Positions 22,295 through 31,570 of a DNA stretch of 64,000 nt are shown piece after piece (within the stretch, counting starts at the first letter, position 1; every line of letters starts with the position of its first letter). The translations under genes and the position numbers were made by a program. Under the pieces are notes generated by a model, which saw only the letters and a list, made by a program, of their open reading frames with translations, was not told where the DNA came from and ran no database searches. The stretch is from an uncultured Planctomycetales bacterium. Its GTDB lineage: Bacteria > Omnitrophota > Gorgyraeia > Zapsychrales > CAYRXT01. The DNA is taken from contig CAYRXT010000006.1 in the NCBI GenBank assembly GCA_964428315.1, positions 8,071-72,070 on the forward strand. The letters are read 5' to 3'.

Positions 22295-22354
22295 TGCGCG
22301 TGTAACCTCTTTAATGTTATCTTCTTAGAAAGATATCCCAACCCCATTATTTCC

Positions 22355-22383
22355 TTGACTTTGATTTCTCTATATGGTAATTT
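22355..22383 (+). promoter_or_regulatory. Sigma70-type promoter for the OmpA/MotB gene
   Basis: TTGACT (22355-22360), 17-bp spacer, TG-G-TAATTT; SD AGGAGG follows. Confidence 0.55.
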
Positions 22384-22408
22384 GGCTTACTGAACAAAGG
22401 AGGATTCC

Positions 22409-23032
22409 ATGCCGAATATCCGAAAGTATCCAGTTGCCGCCCTGATCGCCATTCTTATGGCGTTGTCTTTATCCAGCTGTACATTCATTTTTCAAAAAGG
22501 CAGACGTTCCGATGCCGAGAAGATCACACACCTGAAAAGCCGTTTGTCTGAACTTGAAAACGCTAAAGCCGAACTGGAAGACCGGCTCCGCCAGGAAATC
22601 GACGATAAACAGGTCAAGGTCGAGATGTTGGAAAGGGGCCTTGTCATCACTTTCGTGGCAGAGGTTTTATTCGATTCCGGCAAGGCCAAGCTCAGACCCG
22701 AGGCCCTCTCCACTCTGGATAAAGTGGCCGAGGTTCTCAAGACCACGGTCAGAGATTTGAACGTAGGGATCGAAGGGCATACCGATAATGTGCCGATCAA
22801 ACATTCCGGCTGGAAATCCAACTGGGAATTATCATCGCACCGGGCCTTAAGCGTGCTTCATTATCTTATTGAAAGTGAGGATATTGAAGCGGATCGCCTA
22901 TCTGCCACAGGTTACGGAGAATTCAGACCCGTTGCCGGAAATGAAACCGCCCAGGGAAGGCAGAAAAACCGCCGTGTGGAAATCGTAATACTGCCGAACG
23001 TTCAAAAAGAAGAAGGCGTGAACCTCAAATAA
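22409..23032 (+). CDS. OmpA/MotB-family peptidoglycan-binding lipoprotein with a coiled coil
   Basis: Lipobox-like LSSC; VLFDSGKA, IEGHTDNVP, NWELSSHRA, GYGEFRP and NRRVEI motifs. Confidence 0.9.
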   Translation: MPNIRKYPVAALIAILMALSLSSCTFIFQKGRRSDAEKITHLKSRLSELENAKAELEDRLRQEIDDKQVKVEMLERGLVITFVAEVLFDSGKAKLRPEALSTLDKVAEVLKTTVRDLNVGIEGHTDNVPIKHSGWKSNWELSSHRALSVLHYLIESEDIEADRLSATGYGEFRPVAGNETAQGRQKNRRVEIVILPNVQKEEGVNLK

Positions 23033-23054
23033 TCTTTAACAAAGGAAGATAAAG

Positions 23055-23432
23055 TTGAAAACGCGCTTACCGATCTTATGGATTGTTGTTGTGGCAGCAT
23101 GTATTTCCATTATAGTAATTCTCAACAAGGCCCTCGTAAAGACCCGGGATCAGTTGGATAGTGAGCGGCACAAACGGTTTGTCGCCGAAGAGCAATTAGA
23201 GAGGTCCAAGACCCAGATGAACAAACTGGGGGCCTCTTTGCGGCAGACTGAGAAACGGCTGGAGGATATCCAGGAGAATCTGCAAAAAGAGAAGTCCGCC
23301 TTTCAGAAGCTTAAGAGTGAATTTAACCATGTCGTTGAAGTGAAGCAGGAGCTGGAGAACAACATGCAGAAGGCTCTGACTCCCGCACAGGATTCAGACT
23401 CCGTCGAAGAGAAATCCGGGCATAGCAATTAG
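23055..23432 (+). CDS. Hypothetical membrane-anchored coiled-coil protein
   Basis: TTG start after AAGGAAG; N-terminal TM helix then heptad-rich helix. Confidence 0.7.
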   Translation: MKTRLPILWIVVVAACISIIVILNKALVKTRDQLDSERHKRFVAEEQLERSKTQMNKLGASLRQTEKRLEDIQENLQKEKSAFQKLKSEFNHVVEVKQELENNMQKALTPAQDSDSVEEKSGHSN

Positions 23433-23484
23433 CCTTCAGGACCATGATGCGTTGAAGAGTGTTAAACAGGGGCAGATCGCACAG

Positions 23485-23513
23485 ATGGGGGATGATAATC
23501 CCCCATTTTGTTT
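23485..23513 (+). terminator. Probable intrinsic terminator
   Basis: Stem ATGGGGGAT/ATCCCCCAT with GATA loop, followed by TTTGTTT. Confidence 0.6.
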
Positions 23514-23547
23514 GCAGGATCAATGACCTTAAGAAAAGAGGTGAGCT

Positions 23548-24675
23548 ATGGCGCAAAAGAAAAAGGGCTCAGAAAAGAAGACACCGGTTAAGCGTGTAAA
23601 AACGTTCAATGCGGAGAGGTCTAAGGCTTCCGGAAAAAAACAGAAAAGGGTCGCGAAGAAAAAGGCCCCTACGCTTGCGAAGACAAGTCGAAAAAGATCT
23701 GCGAAAGTATCCGGTCAGAAAAAGCCGGAGAGACCTCCGGCATCAGTTCAGCCGGTAGAAAAAATGCATGTCCGATCGCCGGGAGAGACGGTATTGATCG
23801 GAGAGACCCAACCGCGGGAAACGCAGACCCGTTGGCAGGATCTTCCCCAACGGTACGGAGAGGATAAAATCGTTCTCCATATGCGTGATCCATGGTGGTT
23901 GTACACCTATTGGGAGCTTCAAACAGAAACAGTCGAATATATCCAAAGGGAGTTCACGGGACTGTTTGAGGGGGCGAGACGGATCCTGAGGGTTTACAAC
24001 ATAACCGGTGTCTCTCATTTTGACGGAGATAACGCCAACGAATACTATGACATCGATATCGGGGACGAAGCCCTGAATTGGTATATCGAGGTCCCGGATG
24101 CCGGAAACAGCTGGTGCATCGACCTGGGATTTATTCTTAATGACGGAACTTTTCTTTGTGTGGTCCGTTCTAACATCGTTCATATGCCGTCTGCGGCGCC
24201 CAGCCCCGTTCTTGACGAAGAGTGGATGATTCCCGACGAGCTGTTTCAGCGGCTTTTTGGCCGGGAAGGATATCAGCAGTCCATGACATCGTTGGGCGGA
24301 CGCCAATTCGCCTCACAGGTTTTTCCTTGGGCCCTCAGCAGTTTTCCGATAAGCAGTTTTGTGAATGTCAGCAGCTGGGGTGTAAGCAGTTTCAGTCTTC
24401 CCGGCAGTTTCTCCATGCCGGGTTCGTTCAACGTCGGCAGTTGGTCGATGGGAAGCTGGGGTGTGAGCAGTTTGAGTCAATTGAAGCCGTTCAAGGGATC
24501 GATGGCCAGGGTAACGAATCTATCCAGGGCACAGGCGAAACGACCTCACAAAAACAAGACCCGTTCGGTCATAATGCCTGAAAAAAAGAGGCCCCCCCTG
24601 CGCATGAACGTGAGCAAACTGGATAAATCCCAAAGGATCAGATCCCGCGGGAAAAGGACTGTGAAAATAAAATAA
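23548..24675 (+). CDS. DUF4912-domain protein with basic termini and Ser/Gly-aromatic repeats
   Basis: LPQRYGEDKIVLHMRDPWWLYTYWE, NWYI and RSN motifs; upstream of GH57 as is usual for this family. Confidence 0.85.
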   Translation: MAQKKKGSEKKTPVKRVKTFNAERSKASGKKQKRVAKKKAPTLAKTSRKRSAKVSGQKKPERPPASVQPVEKMHVRSPGETVLIGETQPRETQTRWQDLPQRYGEDKIVLHMRDPWWLYTYWELQTETVEYIQREFTGLFEGARRILRVYNITGVSHFDGDNANEYYDIDIGDEALNWYIEVPDAGNSWCIDLGFILNDGTFLCVVRSNIVHMPSAAPSPVLDEEWMIPDELFQRLFGREGYQQSMTSLGGRQFASQVFPWALSSFPISSFVNVSSWGVSSFSLPGSFSMPGSFNVGSWSMGSWGVSSLSQLKPFKGSMARVTNLSRAQAKRPHKNKTRSVIMPEKKRPPLRMNVSKLDKSQRIRSRGKRTVKIK

Positions 24676-24741
24676 ACCATGCGTGTCCAGATTAGGAATG
24701 CACTGTCGAGGAGAACTCGTCTTAGAGACATAAAACCCGAA

Positions 24742-24866
24742 GTCATTGCGAGCGACTACAGGTTTTCTCTTCTTAGGAGCGAAGCAATCTCTACCGTCGA
24801 CAAGAGATTGCTTCGCCCCCTTGGGGGGGCTTCGTTCCCCGCTTTTGGCGGGGTCCTCGCAATGAC
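24742..24866. repeat. REP/MITE-like nested palindromic element (GTCATTGCGAG...CTCGCAATGAC)
   Basis: 11-bp perfect terminal inverted repeats (24742-24752 and 24856-24866); 14-bp internal inverted repeat GCGAAGCAATCTCT/AGAGATTGCTTCGC (24779-24792 and 24803-24816); two extra GC hairpins. Confidence 0.85.
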
Positions 24867-24899
24867 GGCTAATTTGGACAGCAATGAAAATAAAGATAA

Positions 24900-26483
24900 A
24901 TGGAAAAAGGGTACTTAAGCTTAATTCTTCACGGGCATCTGCCGTATATCCGGCATCCCGAACATGAACACTTTTTGGAAGAGATATGGTTTTATGAAGG
25001 CATCTCCGAAACATATGTGCCTTTGATCCTGGTCTTTGAAAAGCTCATCCAGGACGGCGTTGATTTCCGTCTGACCATGACGTTAAGTCCCACGTTGATT
25101 TCCATGTTCTGTGACCCCCTCCTTCAGGGGCGGTACCTGAGACATGTGGATAATCTTATTGAACTTTCCGAGAAGGAGATCCACCGGACAAGAAATGATT
25201 CCGCCTTCAACGCCCTTGCCTATATGTACCGGGAGCATTTTATCCTTTCGAGGGATGTCTTTTTGCGCTATGGCAGGAATCTGACGAATGCCTTTCGGGC
25301 TTTCCAGGACGCGGGAAAGCTTGAGATCATCACATGCGGTGCCACGCACGGATTTTTCCCCTTGATGAATGTATCCCGAGAGTCCGTTCGGGCACAGGTC
25401 GCGGTGGCCGTTGACCATTACAAACGGCATTTTGGCCGTGCTCCTCTGGGCATCTGGCTGCCGGAATGCGGTTACCTTCCCGGCCATGACGAGATCCTCA
25501 AACAAAACGGCATCAAATATTTTATCAGTGATGTGCACGGCGTATTGCACGCCACGCCCCGGCCGAAATACGGCAACATGGCTCCCATCTATTGTCAATC
25601 CGGCGTGGCCTGTTTTGCGCGTGACGTGGAATCGTCCAAGCAGGTCTGGTCTTCCATTGAAGGGTATCCCGGTGATTATAACTACAGGGATTTTTACCGG
25701 GATATCGGCTTTGACCTGGATTATGATTACATCAAACCGTATATTCATCCCGACGGAGTGCGCATCCACACGGGGATAAAATATCACCGCATCACCGGGG
25801 AGACGCAGGACAAACAGCCTTACGTCAGGCAGTGGGCCCTGGACAGGGCGGCCGAACATGCGGGTAATTTCATGTTTAACCGCCATCGTCAGGTGGAATA
25901 TCTCTATGAGGCCCTTAAGCGCAAGCCGATCCTGGTCTCGCCTTACGATGCGGAATTATTCGGACACTGGTGGTTTGAGGGGCCTCAATGGCTGGAGTTC
26001 CTGATCCGGAAATTGCATTTCGACCAGGACATGATCAGAATGGTATCGCCTTACGACTACTTGAAGGACAATCCCCGCCAGCAGGTGGCCACGCCTTCCA
26101 TGTCGAGTTGGGGTTATAAGGGATACTGCGAGGTTTGGTTGATGGGACGCAACGACTGGATATACCGCCATCTCAACAAGGCCTCCGAACGGATGACAGA
26201 ACTGGCCCGCCGCTTCAATTCGAACTCGATTAGTGAGCTGAAACGCCGCGCCTTGAATCAGGCCTTACGGGAACTCCTTTTAGCCCAGAGTTCGGACTGG
26301 GCGTTTATTATTGCGAATGACACCCATGTCGAATACGCCGTGCGGAGGACAAAAAAACATCTTCTCCAATTCAACCAGCTTTATGAAGATGTATTATCAG
26401 ACAGGATTGATTCCCGTTGGCTGGATGAAGTGGAGAGCAAAGACAATATTTTTTCTGATATTGATTTTCGGGTACACCAATGA
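24900..26483 (+). CDS. GH57 family 1,4-alpha-glucan branching enzyme (DUF1957)
   Basis: LHGHLPYIRHP, ETYVPL, ATHGFFP, GIWLPECGY, PYDAELFGHWWFEG and LLAQSSDWAF motifs. Confidence 0.93.
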   Translation: MEKGYLSLILHGHLPYIRHPEHEHFLEEIWFYEGISETYVPLILVFEKLIQDGVDFRLTMTLSPTLISMFCDPLLQGRYLRHVDNLIELSEKEIHRTRNDSAFNALAYMYREHFILSRDVFLRYGRNLTNAFRAFQDAGKLEIITCGATHGFFPLMNVSRESVRAQVAVAVDHYKRHFGRAPLGIWLPECGYLPGHDEILKQNGIKYFISDVHGVLHATPRPKYGNMAPIYCQSGVACFARDVESSKQVWSSIEGYPGDYNYRDFYRDIGFDLDYDYIKPYIHPDGVRIHTGIKYHRITGETQDKQPYVRQWALDRAAEHAGNFMFNRHRQVEYLYEALKRKPILVSPYDAELFGHWWFEGPQWLEFLIRKLHFDQDMIRMVSPYDYLKDNPRQQVATPSMSSWGYKGYCEVWLMGRNDWIYRHLNKASERMTELARRFNSNSISELKRRALNQALRELLLAQSSDWAFIIANDTHVEYAVRRTKKHLLQFNQLYEDVLSDRIDSRWLDEVESKDNIFSDIDFRVHQ

Positions 26484-27205
26484 TCGATAACAACGGCTTA
26501 CCGGAGCATATAGCCATCATCATGGACGGTAACGGACGGTGGGCCAGACAGAGAAATCTATTGCGCACCCAGGGTCATCTCGAAGGCGTGAAACGCGTTG
26601 AAGAGATTACCCGGGTGGCGGCCCGTCTGGGGATAAAGATCCTGACGCTCTTTGCCTTTTCCACAGAGAACTGGCAGCGGCCGAAGGACGAAGTCAACAT
26701 GCTTATGCGCACGTTCATCCAGGTCCTGAATAACAAAATCAAAGAATTGCGTAATGCCAATATCCGGTTTCACTGGATCGGGCGGCGGGACCATATCCCC
26801 CGCGAGGTCTGGCAATGCATCGAGGAGGCCGTCAGGCTCACCGGTGAGAATACCGGATTGACACTGAATCTGGCTCTCAATTACGGGGGCCGGACCGAAA
26901 TCGTTGACGCGGCGAGACGGCTGGCGCAAAAAGTGCGAAACGAGGAACTGTCTTGCGAGGATATCTCCGAGGATGTTTTTGGCAAGCAGCTTTACACGGC
27001 CGCTTTCCCCGACCCCGATCTCCTGATACGGACCTCGGGAGAGAAGAGGATCAGCAACTTCTTGTTGTGGCAGCTGTCTTATTCGGAACTGTATTTTACG
27101 GAGAAGTTCTGGCCCGAATTTAACGAAGAAGAATTTGTCAAGGCCCTCAACGATTTCAAGCAACGGGAGAGACGATACGGCACGGTAGGACAGCCGAATC
27201 ATTGA
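26480..27205 (+). CDS. uppS: Undecaprenyl diphosphate synthase (isoprenyl transferase)
   Basis: HIAIIMDGNGRWA, FSTENWQRP, NYGGR and IRTSGEKRISNFLLWQ motifs. Confidence 0.97.
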   Translation: MIDNNGLPEHIAIIMDGNGRWARQRNLLRTQGHLEGVKRVEEITRVAARLGIKILTLFAFSTENWQRPKDEVNMLMRTFIQVLNNKIKELRNANIRFHWIGRRDHIPREVWQCIEEAVRLTGENTGLTLNLALNYGGRTEIVDAARRLAQKVRNEELSCEDISEDVFGKQLYTAAFPDPDLLIRTSGEKRISNFLLWQLSYSELYFTEKFWPEFNEEEFVKALNDFKQRERRYGTVGQPNH

Positions 27206-27206
27206 T

Positions 27207-28034
27207 ATGTCGAAGAACCGTATTATCAGCGCGCTTTTCATGATTGTGTTGGCGGCCGTCGCGGTCGTCAACAGCTGGGTCTTTATATTGGTGATGGTGG
27301 CACTGACCATAGGGGGGCTATACGAGTTCTTTTACATGATCAAGAAGAAGGGTATCCCCATTTACAGCTATGTGGGGATATTTATCGGAGTGATGATCCC
27401 CTTGTCGATTTTTACCGAGTTCGAATTGACGAAAAATTGGGAACTGCTGTTCATCGTCCTCGGCTTTCTTATTATCCTTCTTATGCAGTTCGCCCGAAAA
27501 GACAACCGGAACGCCGTGGTGGGGGTTTCGACGACGCTTTTCGGAATTCTCTATGTGGCTTGGTTTTTCAGTTTTCTGGTCAAGATTCGCCTTCTGCTTC
27601 CGGATGTGTCCGGAGCGAATCTGCTGGCCTTCATACTTCTGGTGACAAAGTCCGGAGATATCGGCGCTCTTTTTATCGGGAGACAGTGGGGGAGACACCC
27701 CCTGTTGCCGAGCATCAGTCCCCTTAAGACGGTTGAGGGATATGTCGGGAGCTTGAGCTTCAGTGTGATCGTGGCTGTGCTGGCCCGGCCTTTACTGCCG
27801 GGTGTCCTGCATTTTTCCTGGATCCACGTCGCGCTTATGGGCGCTTTTTTCGGAGGGATGGGGCAGGTCGGGGATTTGTCGGAGTCCTTGATTAAACGGG
27901 ACTGTAACGTGAAAGATTCCGGCAGATTGCTTCCGGGCATGGGGGGCGTCCTGGATGTCATCGACAGCCTGCTCTTTTCGGCTCCGACATTTTATCTGTA
28001 TATGAATGCGGCATTGAGTGCGGTCAGGCCATGA
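27207..28034 (+). CDS. cdsA: Phosphatidate cytidylyltransferase
   Basis: SPLKTVEG and GDLSESLIKRDCNVKDSG..PGMGGVLD motifs; membrane protein after uppS. Confidence 0.95.
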   Translation: MSKNRIISALFMIVLAAVAVVNSWVFILVMVALTIGGLYEFFYMIKKKGIPIYSYVGIFIGVMIPLSIFTEFELTKNWELLFIVLGFLIILLMQFARKDNRNAVVGVSTTLFGILYVAWFFSFLVKIRLLLPDVSGANLLAFILLVTKSGDIGALFIGRQWGRHPLLPSISPLKTVEGYVGSLSFSVIVAVLARPLLPGVLHFSWIHVALMGAFFGGMGQVGDLSESLIKRDCNVKDSGRLLPGMGGVLDVIDSLLFSAPTFYLYMNAALSAVRP

Positions 28035-29185
28035 TAAAAAGAATTGCCGTGTTGGGTTCGACAGGAACCATTGGAGACAACACGCTCAGAATTGCCGAAC
28101 GTTTCCCGAAAAGATTCAGAGTCGTAGCGTTATCGGCGTTCAATAATGTCAGAAAGCTGGAGCATCAAATCCGCAGATTCGCTCCGCGGCACATTGCGGT
28201 CAAGGCTTCGTTCATTGAGAGATTGAAAGCGGAAAGACCTTCGGTTCGGCGGCCCAGGATTTGGGATGCCGAGACATCCACCGAACGCCTTGCCGCACTG
28301 CCGGAGGTCGATACCGTGATCATCGGTATCCGGGGCGCGGCGGCCTTAAGGCCGTTTTTAAGCGCTGTGAAAAGCGGTAAGACCGTTGCGCCGGCCAACA
28401 AGGAGGCCTTGGTGATGGCCGGGCAGGTCATCATGCGCGAGGCGAAAAGGCATAAAGCGATTATTGTCCCGGTGGACAGCGAGCAGAGCGCCGTTTTCCA
28501 GTGCCTGCAGGGCCAGCGCAGAGCGGACCTGAGAAAGATTATCTTAACGGCTTCGGGCGGCGCGCTGTTTCATGTGAACAAAAGGCAGTTCGGGCGATTG
28601 ACCAAACAGCAGGTCCTGTCTCATCCTCGCTGGCGCATGGGGGAGAAGATCACCGTGGATTCCGCTACCATGATGAACAAAGGCCTTGAGGTGATCGAGG
28701 CGAGCTGGCTGTTTGACGTGCCTGTCGAGCAGATTGATATCGTCATCCATCCCGAGGCGATCATCCACTCCATGGTCGAATTCAAGGACGGGTGCGTTCT
28801 TGCACAGATGGGTGTTACGGACATGCGGTTACCTATCCAGTATGCCATGACCTATCCGCAGCGCTGGGAGACAGGTTTACCGCCACTGGATTTCGCGCAG
28901 CTCGGACGATTCACGTTTTTGAAACCGGATCAGAAAAAGTTTCCGGCTCTGGGATTATGCTTCTGGGTCGCAAAACGAAGAGGCACTTACCCGAGCGTCT
29001 TGAACGCGGCCAATGAAGTGGCCGTGGAGGCGTTTTTGAAAGACAAAATCAAATTCTCGTCAATTATTGCTATTGTTGAAAAGGTTATAGAAAGGCACCG
29101 GAATAAAAAAGAACCGGATCTGTCTGACCTTTGTCAGGCGGATCAGTGGGGTCGGAGAGAGGCCCGCCGGTTGATAGGATCATAA
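28031..29185 (+). CDS. dxr: 1-deoxy-D-xylulose 5-phosphate reductoisomerase
   Basis: LGSTGTIG, ANKE, PVDSEQ, TASGG, HPRWRMG, NKGLEVIEA and NAANE motifs. Confidence 0.97.
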   Translation: MIKRIAVLGSTGTIGDNTLRIAERFPKRFRVVALSAFNNVRKLEHQIRRFAPRHIAVKASFIERLKAERPSVRRPRIWDAETSTERLAALPEVDTVIIGIRGAAALRPFLSAVKSGKTVAPANKEALVMAGQVIMREAKRHKAIIVPVDSEQSAVFQCLQGQRRADLRKIILTASGGALFHVNKRQFGRLTKQQVLSHPRWRMGEKITVDSATMMNKGLEVIEASWLFDVPVEQIDIVIHPEAIIHSMVEFKDGCVLAQMGVTDMRLPIQYAMTYPQRWETGLPPLDFAQLGRFTFLKPDQKKFPALGLCFWVAKRRGTYPSVLNAANEVAVEAFLKDKIKFSSIIAIVEKVIERHRNKKEPDLSDLCQADQWGRREARRLIGS

Positions 29186-29186
29186 C

Positions 29187-30275
29187 ATGTATATTCTCGT
29201 TTTCCTTCTGGTACTCAGCATCCTGATTCTTGTCCATGAATACGGCCATTATAAAATGGCTAAGGCCCTTGGTGTCAGGGTTGAGAGATTTTCTCTGGGG
29301 TTCGGACCCAAGCTGGTGTCCCGCGTCCGCGGGGAGACGGAATTCGCCGTAGGTGTGATCCCCTTGGGGGGCTATGTCAAAATGGCGGGAGAAGACAAGA
29401 GCCAGTGCACGGGGGCCAGGAATGAATTTTATTCACGTCCTCCCGGTCATCGGGGTCTTATCATCCTGATGGGCCCCCTGGTGAATTATCTGCTTGGTTT
29501 TTTCTGTTTCTGGCTTGTATTTTCGGTAGGCTATCCCGCCCTGGCTCCGAAGGTCGGGGACGTTATCGAGGGTTATCCGGCCCAGGATGCTGATATGCGA
29601 CCCGGCGACATTATCCTGACAATCGGAGGACAGGCGGTCACGAACTGGGAAGATATCCAGAAATATGTCACCGAATCAAAGACGCAGGTCGTACAGCTCA
29701 CCATTCAGCGCGGCGACAGGATTCTTTCAAAAGAAATTATACCCGCCGTTGACCGGCTGGAAAACATTTTCGGTCAGAAGGAAGAAGTGCGTATTATCGG
29801 AATTCAGCCGGAAAAAGAGATTAGGCTTCTGAAATATTCTCCGGGAACGGCTTTTTTCAAGTCCGGAGAGAGGATAGGAGAAATCACCTATTTGACATAT
29901 AAGGCGCTCTGGCGGATGGCCACCGGCGCCATGTCGGCCCGAAAAGCGGTGACCGGACCGATCGGGATCTTTTATATCATCAAAGACGCGACGGATCTGG
30001 GTTTTTCCTACGTGGTGTATGTTTTGGCTATTATCAGTGTCAGCCTGGCCATCTTCAATCTTCTCCCTCTGCCGATTCTGGATGGAGGCCACCTGTTGTT
30101 TTTGCTGATAGAAAAAATGCGCGGTCAACCGGTATCCGACAAGGTCGATGATATCGTTAACCGCGTCGGTTTCGCGTTGATTATCTTCATCGCCCTTTTC
30201 GTTTTTTACACCGATTTTATGCGTTACGGCTTATTTGATAAGATCCTGGAGTATTGGCAGAAGATGGGATCGTGA
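29187..30275 (+). CDS. rseP: RIP zinc metalloprotease RseP (one PDZ domain)
   Basis: HEYGH, PLGGYVKMAG and NLLPLPILDGGH motifs. Confidence 0.95.
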   Translation: MYILVFLLVLSILILVHEYGHYKMAKALGVRVERFSLGFGPKLVSRVRGETEFAVGVIPLGGYVKMAGEDKSQCTGARNEFYSRPPGHRGLIILMGPLVNYLLGFFCFWLVFSVGYPALAPKVGDVIEGYPAQDADMRPGDIILTIGGQAVTNWEDIQKYVTESKTQVVQLTIQRGDRILSKEIIPAVDRLENIFGQKEEVRIIGIQPEKEIRLLKYSPGTAFFKSGERIGEITYLTYKALWRMATGAMSARKAVTGPIGIFYIIKDATDLGFSYVVYVLAIISVSLAIFNLLPLPILDGGHLLFLLIEKMRGQPVSDKVDDIVNRVGFALIIFIALFVFYTDFMRYGLFDKILEYWQKMGS

Positions 30276-30296
30276 TCGTGAAAAAGGAGACACGCC

Positions 30297-31559
30297 ATGC
30301 TTGAAGAAGCCAAATCAAAAATTCAGCGGTATCTTATCCAGCATACGGATTTCATGAAGGTGAAAGACTCTTTGAGCGAAGAGCAGCTCAGAGAAACCAT
30401 TAAAAAGGCCATTGTGATTGTCACGCAAAAAGAAGAGATCGAACTGAGTGACATCCAAAAAGAGATGATCGTCCGGTCTCTCGTGGATTCAATCGTCACC
30501 ATGGGGCCGATCCGCCAGCTGATGGCCGATCCGGAGATTTCCGAGGTGATGATCAACGGGGCCGGGACGGTGTACATACAACGTCACGGCCAGATTGAAC
30601 TGAGCGGCGTTAAGTTTGACGATAACCATCAGCTCCTTAATATGGTGCAACGCATGCTCCTGTCTGCCGGAAGCGGACGGAGAGTCGACGAGTCTTCGCC
30701 TTATGTGGACTTTTCGCTGGCCGACGGCTCCCGTGTCAACGTGATCGTTTCACCGGTTTCTCTGGTCGGACCGGTTGTGACGATACGTAAATTCTCACCC
30801 GCGATTAACAAGGTCGAGGATCTCCTGGATAGGGGGATGCTGAACGAGGATATGGCCGAGTTCCTTATAGCCTCCATCAAGGCCAAACTGAACATCGTTT
30901 TTTGCGGGGCTACGGGAACGGGCAAGACCACGACATTGAATGTGCTCTCGCGGCATATTCCCAATGAAGAACGTATTGTGACGATCGAGGACACGGCGGA
31001 ATTGCGTCTTCTGCAGGACCATGTCGTCCCCCTTCAGGCCAAAGGGGCCAATATCGAGGGCAAGGGGTCGATCTCAATAAGAGACCTTTTTGTCAATTCA
31101 CTGCGTATGCGCCCCGACCGGATTATCATCGGAGAGGTGCGCAGCGATGAGTGTCTGGACCTGATCCAGGCCATCAGCAGCGGGCATACCGGATCTCTGG
31201 CCATCATCCATGCCGATTCCCCGACGGATTGTTTTAACCGCATGGTCACCATGATCATGATGTCCGGCGTGCGTTTGAGCGTCGAGGAGATCCGCAAGCA
31301 GATCGCACGCGCGATCGACCTCATAGTCCATACGGAGCTGTTCATAGACGGTTCGAGGAAGATCACGTATATAACGGACGTGCGCCATGCCGGGGAAATG
31401 GAGGATATCGATCTCGAGGACATCTATTATTATCGGCAGGACAAGGTGGAAGAAAATGGACAGGTTATCGGCGAATGGGTCAAAAACAGAAAACGGCCGT
31501 CGTTCTTCCATAAATTCATAAAGAGAAACGTTAAGCTTCCCGAAGGATGTTTTGATTAA
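30297..31559 (+). CDS. CpaF/TadA-family pilus assembly ATPase (orphan)
   Basis: DPEISEVMING, VDESSPYVD..DGSRVN, TIRKF, Walker A GATGTGKTT, TIEDTAEL, LRMRPDRIIIGEVR and GH..S..IHA motifs. Confidence 0.92.
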   Translation: MLEEAKSKIQRYLIQHTDFMKVKDSLSEEQLRETIKKAIVIVTQKEEIELSDIQKEMIVRSLVDSIVTMGPIRQLMADPEISEVMINGAGTVYIQRHGQIELSGVKFDDNHQLLNMVQRMLLSAGSGRRVDESSPYVDFSLADGSRVNVIVSPVSLVGPVVTIRKFSPAINKVEDLLDRGMLNEDMAEFLIASIKAKLNIVFCGATGTGKTTTLNVLSRHIPNEERIVTIEDTAELRLLQDHVVPLQAKGANIEGKGSISIRDLFVNSLRMRPDRIIIGEVRSDECLDLIQAISSGHTGSLAIIHADSPTDCFNRMVTMIMMSGVRLSVEEIRKQIARAIDLIVHTELFIDGSRKITYITDVRHAGEMEDIDLEDIYYYRQDKVEENGQVIGEWVKNRKRPSFFHKFIKRNVKLPEGCFD

Positions 31560-31570
31560 AGGATAAAGAA

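Noticed and set aside
24679-24918. 79-aa + ORF (and 24520-25014 on -) spanning the palindromic element
   Set aside because: Mostly a translation of the repeat itself (VIAS..SEAIS..RLLR..LAMT); no SD; overlaps the GH57 start out of frame.
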